Source of the DNA: a virus
IMG/VR virus record: IMGVR_UViG_3300045125_000101
Location: 7,823-71,822 of that record
Direction: 5' to 3' (one strand)
Length of the DNA stretch: 64,000 nt
This document shows positions 15,519 through 27,205 of the stretch, piece after piece. The translations under genes and the position numbers were made by a program. The notes beneath the pieces were generated by a model that saw only the letters and a program-made list of their open reading frames with translations, was not told the origin of the DNA and did not search any database. Within the stretch, counting starts at the first letter, position 1. Every line of letters starts with the position of its first letter.

Positions 15519-15980
15519 TCAGAATTCTGCATCCTGTTGAGCAGCAACAGGTACCGCAGGCTTCTTGAGCTTTGCCATAGCTTTTGCCGCTGTAGCAGCA
15601 AAGTCAGCATCACTCATAACACTATCACTGGCAACATCTTCTGTAGATGTAGCAACAGCATTATCACTCTTTTTCTTGCTGCCAATAAAGTTGATGCGTT
15701 CGCATACAACGCTAAAAGCAGTGCGCTTGATATTATCACTACCAGTATATTCACGACTCTTTAGTCTTCCGACCACAGATAGTGAATTGCCCTTCTTAAC
15801 ATACTTGCTAACAAACTCACTTTGTTTGTCCCAAGTATCTACATCAATATATAGCACCTCTTCATCGTTCAGAGGATTATTGACGGCCAGTCTTACAGTG
15901 GTAATGTTCTTACCAGTTTGTGTTGTTCTAGTAACAGGGTCTGCTACAGCATTGCCTGCTAGGATGATTACGTTTAACAT
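15519..15980 (-). CDS. ssb: single-stranded DNA-binding protein
   Basis: Bacterial-type SSB OB-fold (N.VIL.GN...DP...LAVN...KG..L.V.GRL..R.Y); acidic tail DAEF. Confidence 0.93.
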   Translation of the reverse strand: MLNVIILAGNAVADPVTRTTQTGKNITTVRLAVNNPLNDEEVLYIDVDTWDKQSEFVSKYVKKGNSLSVVGRLKSREYTGSDNIKRTAFSVVCERINFIGSKKKSDNAVATSTEDVASDSVMSDADFAATAAKAMAKLKKPAVPVAAQQDAEF

Positions 15981-16319
15981 ATTAGTATAGAATTGATATA
16001 CCTTTATTGATATATCAGCTACTACTATACAGGTATTTACCTAAGTGTCAATATATAAGAAATAATAGTAGGGGGGGGGGTACCTAAATTTTTAAATCTT
16101 TATATATGATTTATCGCACGATAATCGTCTGATATATCTCCTATATCGTCCGAATTAATCTAGGTGGGGGTACCTAAAAATTGATATAATCGTCGTATAT
16201 CATTAGAGCTAAAAGCAATAGCGCCAAACCTGTAAACACAAAAATCATATAGGGGGGTACCTAAATTTATATATTAGATATATTAGCCAAAACATCATTG
16301 ATTTAGAATATACTAAAAC

Positions 16320-16352
16320 AAAAACCCCCACTGTGTTTAGTAGTGGGGGTAG
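16320..16352 (-). terminator. Rho-independent terminator
   Basis: ACCCCCACT/AGTGGGGGT hairpin with a T-run on the minus strand. Confidence 0.7.
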
Positions 16353-16377
16353 CTAAATTTATACTTCTATATATGTG

Positions 16378-16623
16378 TTATGTGCTGTGTTCTACTGGAG
16401 TTGTGCCGCCAGTACCACTGCTGCTATTATCATCACCATTGCCAAAAGATGGTGTTATATTTGTAGTTTGACCATTGTTGCTATTTGAATTGTTCTGCTT
16501 TTCTGCATTCTTCTTTTGAAAATACACAAAAGCAAAAACACCTGCTACTGCTAAACCGCCTAATATGAATGCTGCTGTCATATGATTGTTGTTTGTTGAT
16601 TGTTGAATAAGTTGTTGATACAT
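16378..16623 (-). CDS. small membrane protein with low-complexity tail
   Basis: TM segment AAFILGGLAVAGVFAFVYF. Confidence 0.6.
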   Translation of the reverse strand: MYQQLIQQSTNNNHMTAAFILGGLAVAGVFAFVYFQKKNAEKQNNSNSNNGQTTNITPSFGNGDDNSSSGTGGTTPVEHST

Positions 16624-16734
16624 TATATAAATATAATCTAACTTTTCTTATCGTTATTCAAAATCAACCTTACAACATAAATCATTAGAATAGTTGAGCA
16701 GGCAATGCTTGCTATTTCTACTAATGTTTTAGGC

Positions 16735-16968
16735 TCAAGATGCGCCAGAATTGTTGTCATATTCATTATTATCAATAGCAGGAATATCTTTAGTATTATT
16801 GCTCTTGGCTTCTGTAGATGCACCATCATATTTGCTCATTGGCGTCATGAAATAATGCACACTACGACGCAATGAAGATGGCAACTTAGGCTCAACACAC
16901 TTATGCACATACATTCTATATGTCTTGATTGCTCGTGCACTTCTAGCAACTAACTTTACATCTGCCAT
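16735..16968 (-). CDS. hypothetical protein
   Basis: Intact ORF. Confidence 0.5.
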   Translation of the reverse strand: MADVKLVARSARAIKTYRMYVHKCVEPKLPSSLRRSVHYFMTPMSKYDGASTEAKSNNTKDIPAIDNNEYDNNSGAS

Positions 16969-17615
16969 AGTGCGATGCTTATAATCACTGGATTATCAAT
17001 ATTGCCCTTTAGTTTGAACCGAATCAGCTTATCTTTGGGCATATTGCCAATAGGATTAGCATTGCTGCCGCGAGTATTATTGTTGTTGTTTTTGTCGATT
17101 TTTGCCATATAAAATATATAAGATTAATATATACAAGCGTTCTATTTTGTCAAGTCCATTCTATAGGCGGTTTATCGCATATAGATTTTTTCTTTATTAT
17201 AGCGTTCTTTATTTTAGTATATTTAGCCTTGACAAATGAAGCAAATGCTCCTAAGCCAACGCCAACTAATATTGTAAAAAGTATTGTTTCGTGCATAAAA
17301 AATATATATTATATAGTGGGGTACCTAAAATTATTGTTATTGACATATATATGGAATTCTGGTAAAATAAAGTGCTTTGTGCGTTGCGTGGGGGAATACA
17401 TTCTATCCCACATCGCCCCATTCTGCCCCACTTAATATAATCATCTTTAGTTTTTATACAGCATCTAATATCCATATATACCCATTGCTTTTCAATACTC
17501 TACCACCTAAACTTTATATCTTAGTATAAATAACCAGTTTTTATAATACCGCTATATATATCAAGATACGTTATTTATACTATTATAGCCTACTTTGTTA
17601 TACTCATATATCATA

Positions 17616-17840
17616 TTAGATTTTTCTTTTCATATACCATTCTGTTAGTGCATCCATATACTCTTTACGTTTTGAATATTCAGGCAAACTATTATATTCA
17701 TTTATCATAGCTGCCAGTCCATACTTGTTGAATGTAGTTGTAGCTGCTTTTTCAGCATATATATTTTTGTCGTTAGATGCTTCAGATATGTTATTATCTT
17801 TAGCTTCGTTATTATCTTTATTATTGTTATTTTGATTCAT
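17616..17840 (-). CDS. hypothetical protein
   Basis: Intact ORF, Asn-rich N-terminus. Confidence 0.5.
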   Translation of the reverse strand: MNQNNNNKDNNEAKDNNISEASNDKNIYAEKAATTTFNKYGLAAMINEYNSLPEYSKRKEYMDALTEWYMKRKI

Positions 17841-17874
17841 ATATATGCTGCTAGTTTTTATGTTTGCTTAACTT

Positions 17875-18123
17875 CTATATACTTTGGGTTTTTGCCGTCA
17901 TATACAACCGTTGTAATAGATCCATCTTTGTATATATATCTTCTATTAGGTGTATTAGCTTGTTATTGTTATTGTTTAATACATCCATATCAGATAAAGT
18001 TGGCTGCTCTATCTGTTCTTCTATATTAGTATTATCCACAAAACTATCTAAAGTAACATCTTTATCTTTAGATAGTTGTTTCTTGGATAGTTGTTGCTTG
18101 CTCTTTTTAGGCATATATAACAT
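17875..18123 (-). CDS. hypothetical protein
   Basis: Intact ORF. Confidence 0.5.
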   Translation of the reverse strand: MLYMPKKSKQQLSKKQLSKDKDVTLDSFVDNTNIEEQIEQPTLSDMDVLNNNNNKLIHLIEDIYTKMDLLQRLYMTAKTQSI

Positions 18124-18145
18124 TTAGTTGATATATATATATATA

Positions 18146-18570
18146 TCAACTTAATACCAATACCAGAAATGCTATTAACGCAAATGCTCCTGCGATTATA
18201 ATAACTGTATTTAGACCATCATTGTTTGCTTTTGGTACAACCGTGTTTGGATGATTAGATGCTTCTTCTATCTGTTCTGCTTCTGTATATTTTGAATATA
18301 GTTCTTCTTTGTTTGGCAGTGATGTTACTACTGTATTATCTGCGGCGTTTACTGTTGTTATATATGTAGTTGCTTCTGATACAGTGTATGTATCATTGCT
18401 TTTATTTATTTCATCTAATGTAAAAACCGCGCCGCCATTATAGTTTGAAGGTGGCAATACTGTTTCTTTTGTCTTTAGCTTTAGTTTTTTTGATTTAGAT
18501 TTGGATGGCAGTTGTATCTTGCGACCATTCTTTTTGGCTTTTTGTTGCTGTTATTGTTGTTGTTTTTCAT
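18146..18570 (-). CDS. C-terminally anchored membrane protein (frameshifted)
   Basis: Basic N-terminus; C-terminal TM segment VIIIAGAFALIAFLVLVLS. Confidence 0.5.
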
Positions 18571-18668
18571 AAGTTTTTGTATATATGGTTATTCAATCTT
18601 ATACATATTATATATATGAATATAGTATGGTATATATAATAAGTGTATATAGGGGTACCTAAATTTTT

Positions 18669-18875
18669 TTATTTGTTCAAATATTCTGCGCGTTTTTGCA
18701 GCATCTTTTCTGCTACTTCCCAACTATATTCAACAGCGTGGTCTATAGACAATCCTTTGCTCAAATATCCAACCAATGCTTGAGCAGCATAATAATCTGC
18801 AAGCGTCATGCCTGTGCTAATGATATTTTCCTTTTCTATATAAAAAGGAAGTGCAGGAATATTGCCATATTTCAT
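18669..18875 (-). CDS. phage hypothetical protein
   Basis: PALP...GMTL.DYYAAQAL.G...A..M pattern. Confidence 0.7.
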   Translation of the reverse strand: MKYGNIPALPFYIEKENIISTGMTLADYYAAQALVGYLSKGLSIDHAVEYSWEVAEKMLQKRAEYLNK

Positions 18876-18932
18876 AATCTAATGTGCCGTGATATTAAGC
18901 ATATTAGATGTTTTGGTCAAGTTATAATAAAC

Positions 18933-20325
18933 TTATAGACCAAAGCGGCCTTTTAGGGCGTTATAGTTTTGCAATACTTCGGATGCTGATAATGCTCTGT
19001 TGTATAACAATGTATTGGAAATATTTCCTTTAAAATATCTATGTGAACCATAAGCTGGGCTTCCAAGAGGAATGTTGAATTGGCGGTTGCTAAAAAAGTT
19101 CTATTTGCACTAACCTCCAATCTTCCGTCTAAATATATATATATGGTAGTGCCATCGTAAGAGCACGCTATATTTGAATAGTTGAATAACAATGCTTTCT
19201 GCACAACGCCTACCACTTCGCCTCCTCCCCATATATGCAATACAATAGAATATGTAACGAAGTTTGATCGTGATATTAATATTTCAAAAAGCTGATAAGT
19301 GGTACCGGCTCCTATTCTGCCAATCGAATAGTATCCATCGTTAATCATATCTGTTGGATAAACCCAAGTGCTTAAAGTTCTAGCACCTGTACCAGATATA
19401 CCGACATTATTTGTTCCAACGATAAAATCGTTTGTGCCGTCAAAAACTATACTACCTCCATTAGCACTACTGAATGTTGGCCCATTGGTTAATGTACCGT
19501 CGTATCCATTGCCGCTTAAATCAAAAATAGTATTACTTCCACTAACATAACTTTCTCTGTTTCCTGCATCAAGACACATTACTAATCCATTTGTAACCAA
19601 TCTTGGCGGAACAGAGTTTGTTGCTCGTATTGTATCAAATCTGCCTTTGGTTGCATTATAATTTTCTAATATTTCAGCGGCGGATAATGCTCGGTTGTAT
19701 ACTCGTGCAACTGGTATAACACCGTCTATAACGTTGCCAGATACGGCGGGGCTATCCCACCTTCTGGCTATTCGTATTGCTCCCCCAGAAGTGGCAGTGC
19801 CAGTATATGAAGTGGAGGAAAAAGATTTCCATCAACATATAATTTTATTGTGGCACCGTCATAAGTTCCGCAATAATGATACCATATCCCAGCAGAAGGG
19901 GCGTGTGGACCAGCCGCTCTCCAAGCACCATTGAAAAAAGCGGCGTAAATTCCTTTATTTGCAGTACCTTCTACGTGAGTAGTTAAAGAAAAATTTAAGT
20001 TAGAGCCATTAAATACATTGGTTATTAGTGCAGAGACGGTAAGATTTGCTCCGGGCACGGTTGTAAATTTTACCCAACACTCCGCTGTCCAATTTGATAT
20101 ACTGGATATAGTTTGAGTTTCACCGTATTGAACACTTGTCCGACTAAAGGTCAATGTTCCTTTGTTGTCTGTGCTATATGACGGAGCACCAACTAATGAC
20201 GCACTATTATTATTCCCGCTCAAATCAAACCAAGTATTGCTGCCACTAACAATACTTTTACTATTAGCAGCATCCAAATACAATACCAAACCATTTTTTA
20301 CAACATCGCCAATATATGCACTCAT
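18933..20325 (-). CDS. LamG/concanavalin A-like protein with two tandem domains (frameshifted)
   Basis: VKNGLVLYLDAAN..S....W.DLSGN, then ..EILENYNATKGRFD linker into VTNGLVMCLDAGN; ends QNYNALKGRFGL. Confidence 0.8.
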
Positions 20326-20999
20326 AGTCCAAATCTTCCTTTGGTTGCGTTGTAGTTTTGTAATACTTCGGATGCTGATAGTCCTTTACCAGAATATATT
20401 CTACACAACGGTATAAAACCATTAAAAGGTCCATTATTATATTGAGTATCGTAGCCAAAAACAACTTTATTATTAACACTAATGCTGGTTGTAAACGCCC
20501 TAGAGTCTCTCAATATAGTATTGTTATACAAATAACTAGTGCCCGATATTCTCGTCCAAACAATATGATACCATTGATTTGTTGAAATAGAAGCGGCTGA
20601 CTCAGTAAATAAAGAAGTTGTATAAACGCCAAGAGACCCGCCGATAGCAATATAAAGAATTGCACCCGAGTTCCCTGTAAAATACGACTGGGCCAAAAAT
20701 ATAGTAGGGTCTGCGGAGATCGAGCGTGGGTATATCCACGCTTCTACCGCAAAATCCCCAGTTCCAAAATCAAATACGTTGTTGTCTTGAACAACAATGT
20801 GGTCGTTTGAACCGTCAAACACAATACTTCCTCCAAAAGAAGATGTATATGTTGGACCATTAGTTAATGTTCCATTATTTGCATATCCACTAATATCAGC
20901 CCAAGTAGTTCCACTACCAGCATAACTCTTTCTATTAGCCGCATCAAGGCATAATACCATTCCATTCTTTACTACACTTGGTCCGTATGAATATCCCAT
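20322..20999 (-). CDS. LamG/concanavalin A-like protein
   Basis: Intact; VKNGMVLCLDAAN...FDGSND...WYHIV...LQNYNATKGRFGL. Confidence 0.88.
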   Translation of the reverse strand: MGYSYGPSVVKNGMVLCLDAANRKSYAGSGTTWADISGYANNGTLTNGPTYTSSFGGSIVFDGSNDHIVVQDNNVFDFGTGDFAVEAWIYPRSISADPTIFLAQSYFTGNSGAILYIAIGGSLGVYTTSLFTESAASISTNQWYHIVWTRISGTSYLYNNTILRDSRAFTTSISVNNKVVFGYDTQYNNGPFNGFIPLCRIYSGKGLSASEVLQNYNATKGRFGL

Positions 21000-21028
21000 A
21001 TACAAATAAGTATATGGTATATATACTT

Positions 21029-22263
21029 TCAACTTATTATATCAAGGTTGTTATATTTCTTGAACAATACAGGTTCTGGACGGCAGTTCATCCATTTATC
21101 AAGCAGTGTGCTATATACTTGTCTAAAATCTGTGCTAAACTCAACATCTTGATTTTTTTGCAGTTTTAGGCTTGGTGCATTGCCATATATTCCACCTTTT
21201 ATGTTTGAACCTAATACAAATAATGGAGCAGCAGTGCCGTGGTCTGTACCAGCACTATCATTTTCATTTGGTCTGCGGCCAAACTCGCTAAAAGTCATTG
21301 TAGTTACTTGATTATCAAGTTTATGACCTTCTAAATCTTTTTGAAAAGCAAATAGTGCTTCTGATAGTTGTTGCAATAAGTTGCCGTGATTTAGCAACTG
21401 ATTGCTGTGTGTATCAAAGCCGCCAATAGATACAAAATATACTCGCGTTGGTAATCCTGCTTGTATAAGAGCAGCAACATTGCGTAATGAAGATGCCAGA
21501 TTGCTGTTGGGATATTTATAGTAAGGCTTATAGGCATCCAGTTTTTGTTGTACTTTGCGTTCTGTTACTAATGTGTTCATTAGCGTTTGCTTTAGAAAAG
21601 TACCATTATCATCGCCGTTCATTGCTTCAGAGTATGAACTTTCAAGCAACTTTCTTGTATCATCATTATCACGACGATTTATTCTATTTACAAAACCAAA
21701 AGTAGAATGCGGCTTTTTTCCGCCGAATGATTGCGGCGTGTTGCCTGTCATATGTATAGCAACAGGGTCGTGATTATCAGATGGCATACCAGAGCAGGCA
21801 TTATCAAGAAAACGTCCTATCCAGCCTGTAGATGATGTTCTATCACTATCCATTGCTGTTTCCCATATTTCTGTGGAACGAAAATGACTGCGATTTGGAT
21901 TTGGATAGCCAACATTTTGAACAATGCCAAGTTTGCCGCCAAGATATAAATCATTCATCTTGGTCATTGATGGATGCAGTCCGTGAGTGCTGTTTAGTGC
22001 TATAACATCTTTTTTCTTGATGGCAATCTTTGGACGAAGATTATAATAGTTGCTGTCTTCATATGGCACCAATGTATTCAAACCATCATTACCACCCGCC
22101 AGTTGAACAAGCACAAGTATGCTTTTGTCTTTTTCTGGCTTTGGCTGAGATGCCATTGCTGAACGCACCAAAAACTCTGGAGCAAACTGACCAAAGAAAG
22201 CAGACCAATGCCTGCGGACGACAACTTGATAAACTCTTTGCGTGTATGGGGTAGATTTTTCAT
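21029..22263 (-). CDS. DUF1501 family protein with Tat-like signal (frameshift near 22190)
   Basis: TRKEFIK leader; LVLVQLAGGNDGLNT, NPNRSHFRS, GGFDTH, FSEFGR, GTDHG motifs. Confidence 0.9.
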
Positions 22264-22267
22264 AGTA

Positions 22268-23776
22268 TTAGCATAGTTGATATTCGGGTGATTGCAGTAT
22301 GGTTACTACTGCACGCTTTAGCCTAAAGGTAGGTATATTGCGTTCTTTTTCAGGGTGGGGTACCTCAAAATGTTTTTATGTTATTTACAAGTTGCTGCGA
22401 CGGCTTTGGCAAAAATCTATTGCATAATACATTTGCCGCAGTAGTGCTGTCTAACTTGGATAGTTCAGATAATGAACTTTCATTGAAAGTAAATGATATA
22501 TTGCCAATCTGCGTTGGCATCATTGAGCAATCTCTTTTCATCTGCGTTCAATACTTTTTCATCCAACACTGCAAACAAGTTTTCCACGGTCTGGCGACGT
22601 GCTTGTATAGTACTTGAGTTTATCCAGTTCTTGCCGCCAACCCATCCACGCACATTAGGTGGATAAAATGGCATCTGTCCCATACTTCTCAATGGCTGAG
22701 TAACCAATCTTTGTAGTGGTGATACTTTGATGCCAGTATCCTGAACAACGCCGCAATAAAACTGAATAGGACTCTTGATATAGTTATGCTTATACTGTTT
22801 GCTATAAAACATATTGCTGCCAAAGAATATGCCAAGCAATGCTCGCAAACTATAGTTCTTGCTGCTCCATTCTTTGGCAATAGCATCAAGATATTCAACG
22901 CCAACTTCATTGTCGGTAAGATAAAACTTTATCATTTCTTGCGGCAAAAATCTGCCTGCTGCTGGCTGACGATATGCTATATCAATAACATCATCGCCGC
23001 TAAATCTACCAGATGTTTCAAATATGCTCTTTATTCCAGCGTCGTGCTGTGGAGCACTTAGATAAAATCTTTGGTTCTTTGCTCTATATCCTGTAAATGC
23101 TTTGGCCGACTCTTTGATGTCTTTTTCGTTATAGTTGCCTTCGCCAAGCACAAATAGTTCAAATAGTTCTCTGGCAAAGTTTTCATTCGGAGCACGCTTT
23201 TCGTTTCTGTTCAAATCAAGATATTGTATCATTGCTGGTGAGCGTGATATAAACTTGGTAAGATTTGGTGCTGTATTATATGCGTGCCTTGCCAGTATAT
23301 CAAAATGTTGATGAACAGTTACTGGGTCTCTTACTTTGTCTGCTCCAATAACATATACATCACTCAAAAACAAGTTCCATTTATAAAACGCACTATTTTC
23401 TATATACTGATGCGTCTTGTATCCAACGTATAGCAAGGTCATTTATGCCATTGCGTTGTTTGTTTTGCAGTTCTCTGCGTAGTTTATTACGTTCTTCAAC
23501 ATCAGCACCACGCATAGATGCTTGCAGTTTTCTTTCTTCTTCTTCAAACTTGGCTACTGACTCTGGTTTGTTTATGCCACGGCTTGGTGCATCAAGCGGA
23601 AATAACTTGTTTAGTGTTCCGCCCAATCCGTCACTTACTGCCTGCTTTACTTTATCTTCTGTAGCAGACCAGCCAGCTCTATTCAGTAGATGCCTTGCGT
23701 TTTCTGCGTTCCATTCAGAAACTGGCAACGGCTTCCACGCATCTTCTATCTTTAGCCCGTTGATAATATTACTCAT
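22268..23776 (-). CDS. DUF1800 family protein (frameshifted)
   Basis: ARHLLNRAG, PAMIQYLD, APNENFARELFELF.LG.GNY.E.DIKE.A.AFTG, PPNVRGW; ends SPEYQLC. Confidence 0.9.
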
Positions 23777-23829
23777 ACAATATATAAGTATATATCAACG
23801 GAACCAAAGATAAATCATTTACAATACAT

Positions 23830-24009
23830 TTACGTTTTTGTATTATCTTCTTTGCTCTTGTCTTTCATCTTGCGAATATCAAGTGAAAGAACCAGCAGCA
23901 GCATAAAGTTGCCTGCTGTAATCTGCCACGCATTTCCGACCAAAACGCCAAGACCAGCAACGGTCAAGGCAAATAAACAAAGCAGGGCTTCAATAATAGT
24001 GTATCTCAT
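23830..24009 (-). CDS. small membrane protein
   Basis: Two hydrophobic segments. Confidence 0.5.
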   Translation of the reverse strand: MRYTIIEALLCLFALTVAGLGVLVGNAWQITAGNFMLLLVLSLDIRKMKDKSKEDNTKT

Positions 24010-24042
24010 AGTGTTTGTAATATACAATAGTATCTGAAAATG

Positions 24043-24766
24043 TCAAATATTTTCTGAAATATATGCATTTTCAAACTTATGATGCTTACAACCAATAACT
24101 TCCAACTCTTTTCTATACCCTTTATATTTAAACTTAACATCTCCGTTATCAGAATAATCCAAAATGTCCGAGAGAAATATAAAAGAAACATTATTTTCAA
24201 AAAAATGGTGTCCAATGTTCAAATCTGAAATTTTTTCGTATTTCAAATACTTACACATGCATCTATGCAACGCTTTCGGTCCTGTAAGATTGATAGTCGC
24301 TACAAACTCGTTTGATTTTATATATTCAGTTAGCTCTTTGCATATTTGTTTCTCAAAATCATAAAACAAAAAATTATTTGGGGCCGATGCCATTGTCATA
24401 AAACGTGGTTCGTTTGTTTTTCTGGTCACAAAGAATATTGTACCATGAGTTTTTATTATATCAAAGAAATTTGGAACTTTATTTACGATATCTATGGGAG
24501 GCAGGTCCGCATCAAACCACATTCCTCCTTCCAAGTATAATTTTCTTATTCTGTATAAGTCTGCTCTACCAGCGCCAGTATTCAAACGATTAAAAGCATT
24601 TTAGTGTTTCGTCGTCGGCATTGTCGATAATCCAATTTACCATGTCGGCATCGTCAAAATATTCAAACTCAAATAAAGGATTTGCATTTTTCCAAGCATT
24701 TATATTTGCTTTGAGCTTGGGAGGACAATTTTCCAACTTTGGTTTATGACTGGTAAATAATTTCAT
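24043..24766 (-). CDS. GT32/OCH1-like glycosyltransferase (DXD) (frameshifted)
   Basis: W...NP...F.YFDD; GA.RADLYR...LY.EGG..FDAD; TGP motif. Confidence 0.8.
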
Positions 24767-25615
24767 TTATTTTCTGAGATGCATAAGTCTATGGCATCCT
24801 TGACTTTATCAACGGATATTTCCTTACTGCACTCAAAGTTCTTGTTTCTTGGACAATATAACCAACCGCTTTTTATTCCTTTTACATTATCTATGCTTGG
24901 GTCATTCAAGCAACCGTGACAAACATCCTTGTTTATTACTCTATAACAATTTTTTACAAACTCGTTGTCTTCGTCTGTGCAGCCAGAAATCATTACCACT
25001 TTCTTGCTCAATGCCCAAGCAAGCCAAGACAGTCCGCTGCTTATGCCAACAAAGAATGAGCAGTTTCGCAGTTGTTCTATTCTATATTCTATAGGATAGT
25101 TTCCTGTTTCATTTCTTGCTCCAACGGGCATTCTGTTCCATCGCCCATGTATGCCAAACACTTCGTCCTTATCTATGCAATATACATCATAACCCTTGTC
25201 TTTGATATACTTTACAATCTTATCCCAGCCATTGCCGTTGTTCCAATACTTTAGTTGCGATGTTGATTGTATGGCAATGCATACATACTTCTTTTTCTTG
25301 TTGAAACTATACTTGTTGCTTTTGGTTATGCTGGGAATAATTTCAGTATATTCAAGTCCAAGTTGCTCGCACATTTGCTTTTGAATAGGTCCGCGTCTAA
25401 AAGTAAAATTGTATATCTTTTGTAGTTGTTGCATTTTCAACTTTGTGATTTATATCCACAAAATATACATTTGGGTTATTGCTTTGTAGTATAGCGTGCC
25501 ATTTGGTTCTAACATACACTGTTCCGCCGTGCTTTTTTTGATATACATCAGCATATGGCGAAAATGCTATATTATCCCCTAATGCCTGCGTTATAAAATT
25601 TATTATAGTAACCAT
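24763..25615 (-). CDS. AAH/TibC-like O-heptosyltransferase (GT9-related) (frameshifted)
   Basis: ALGDNIA; STSQLKYWN; FVGISSGLSWLAWAL; C-terminal CHGC...CP...FEC metal-binding motif. Confidence 0.82.
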
Positions 25616-25668
25616 ATATATTTGTATTGATATATATCTATTTTGTCAATGTTATAATATTTATAGAT

Positions 25669-26438
25669 ATGTCCAATTTTGAGCAAACATTCTTAAAGCA
25701 CAGAGCACTACTCAAAGAGCACTTTATGCTCAACGAAAATGCTGAGTATGAAGGCAAGTTAGACAAGATGATAGAGCATTTGAAAGACAAGAAGAAAGTG
25801 TTGTTCTTGACTACCAGCACTCGCTGGTCTGGTGACAAGCAAAAACCAAAAAGCACGGTGCTGGCTGAACATATTGCCGAAGAAGTTGGAAAAAATGTTG
25901 AACTGATTGATGTTGGTGCCTTGACAATATATTGCTGTGAAGGTAATGTTAGCAAGAATGAAGGAAATAACTGCGGGATAAAGGACTCTGCTCTAAAAGA
26001 TAAAGAAAAAATCCAACTGGCAACCATCGTTGCTGGGCTTCATACAACAACAAAAATGATGAACTATGGAAAATATCTAAGTCGCTCTTCGAGGCTGACA
26101 GTATTGTGTTTTTTGTTAGTGTTCGTTGGGGTCAAACTAATAGCGTATATCAAAAGCTCATAGAACGACTAACTTGGCTGGAAAACAGACACAGCACTTT
26201 GAATGAAGACAATATCATCAAAGACAAAGAAACTGGTCTTGTATTGATTGGTCAAAACTGGAATGGCGAGAATGTACTTGATACTCAAAAGCAAGTACTA
26301 AAATTTTTTGGCTTCAAAGTACCAGACGTTCTTAGCTTCAACTGGCAATATTTAAACAATCCAAAAGACGAATCACAAAGCAGCTACAAAAAAGCCCCTT
26401 CTGCATTTGAAGAGGCGTTTGATGTAAAACTAAAATAA
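25669..26438 (+). CDS. flavodoxin-fold NAD(P)H-dependent FMN reductase / iron-sulfur flavoprotein-like (frameshifted)
   Basis: LFLTTS.R..KS..LA; C.G......C; HRCW; EADSIVFF.S.RWG; LIERL. Confidence 0.7.
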
Positions 26439-26545
26439 TATATCAGGGAATACGATGTCTGATATATCCTATGCCACGTTCAATGGCATACAAGAACTTG
26501 TTGATTAAGCGGCGTATATATGCCCATACTTTGGTACGAAAGATA

Positions 26546-27004
26546 TTACTTGTTATACCATCTGTTTCTTTCTATTTCATCTTTACGTTGCCATTCAAGT
26601 GTTTGCTGCTTACGTTCTGCATTTGCTGTCTTATCCCACTTGAATAGTTCTATCTTATCCAACTTACCGTGAGTAAAATATGCAATATACTCAACCCAAT
26701 AATCATATTCTTCTCTTTCAAACCAAGTATAAAAATATACTTTGCCGTGTTGACCATCAAGTTCTTCTTTATATGGCTCTTGGCGGTCAATATATCCACC
26801 CATAAAAGATTCAGAGTCTTCTATCCATTCGGTCTTTCTATATTTTTCTACAAACAATCTGCCACCCTGAATATAATAATTGGCCATTACGTTGTCTAAA
26901 TCTTTTGTTTGAAAAGATTCAGCAGACATATCAATGCCAAGAGCATCAATCTCTGCGTTGGTTGGTAGCTTGTCTGCTACATTAATATAATCAAACATTC
27001 CCAT
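26546..27004 (-). CDS. phage hypothetical protein
   Basis: MGMFDYI...FQTKDL...Y pattern. Confidence 0.75.
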   Translation of the reverse strand: MGMFDYINVADKLPTNAEIDALGIDMSAESFQTKDLDNVMANYYIQGGRLFVEKYRKTEWIEDSESFMGGYIDRQEPYKEELDGQHGKVYFYTWFEREEYDYWVEYIAYFTHGKLDKIELFKWDKTANAERKQQTLEWQRKDEIERNRWYNK

Positions 27005-27205
27005 AAGTTTCCTTGTATTATTATTTATATATAACTATATGTCAAGTTAATATTTAAAGGTTGCATTGTGTCAACGGTCTGCCCGCAAAGTGAAAATGAG
27101 TAATGCCAATAGGCTCTAATGTGACATTTTTTAATGAACCATCATATATTTGATTTCTAACCACAAACTGGCAATAGTTTTCAAACTGAGAAAGGTGTAT
27201 ACAAA

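Larger units (their letters stand above)
16077..18663. repeat. dispersed GGGGTA(C/G)CTAAA motif
   Basis: Copies at 16077, 16167, 16254, 16346, 17318, 18652; also 47570, with variants at 22357 and 58978(rev). Confidence 0.85.

Noticed and set aside
17000-18660. AT dinucleotide runs and Asn tracts as a functional repeat system
   Set aside because: Low-complexity AT-rich sequence without a consistent unit or spacing
22357-22368. GGGGTACCTCAA as a regulatory copy of the dispersed motif
   Set aside because: It lies inside the DUF1800 C-terminal coding region and has a mismatch; probably coincidental
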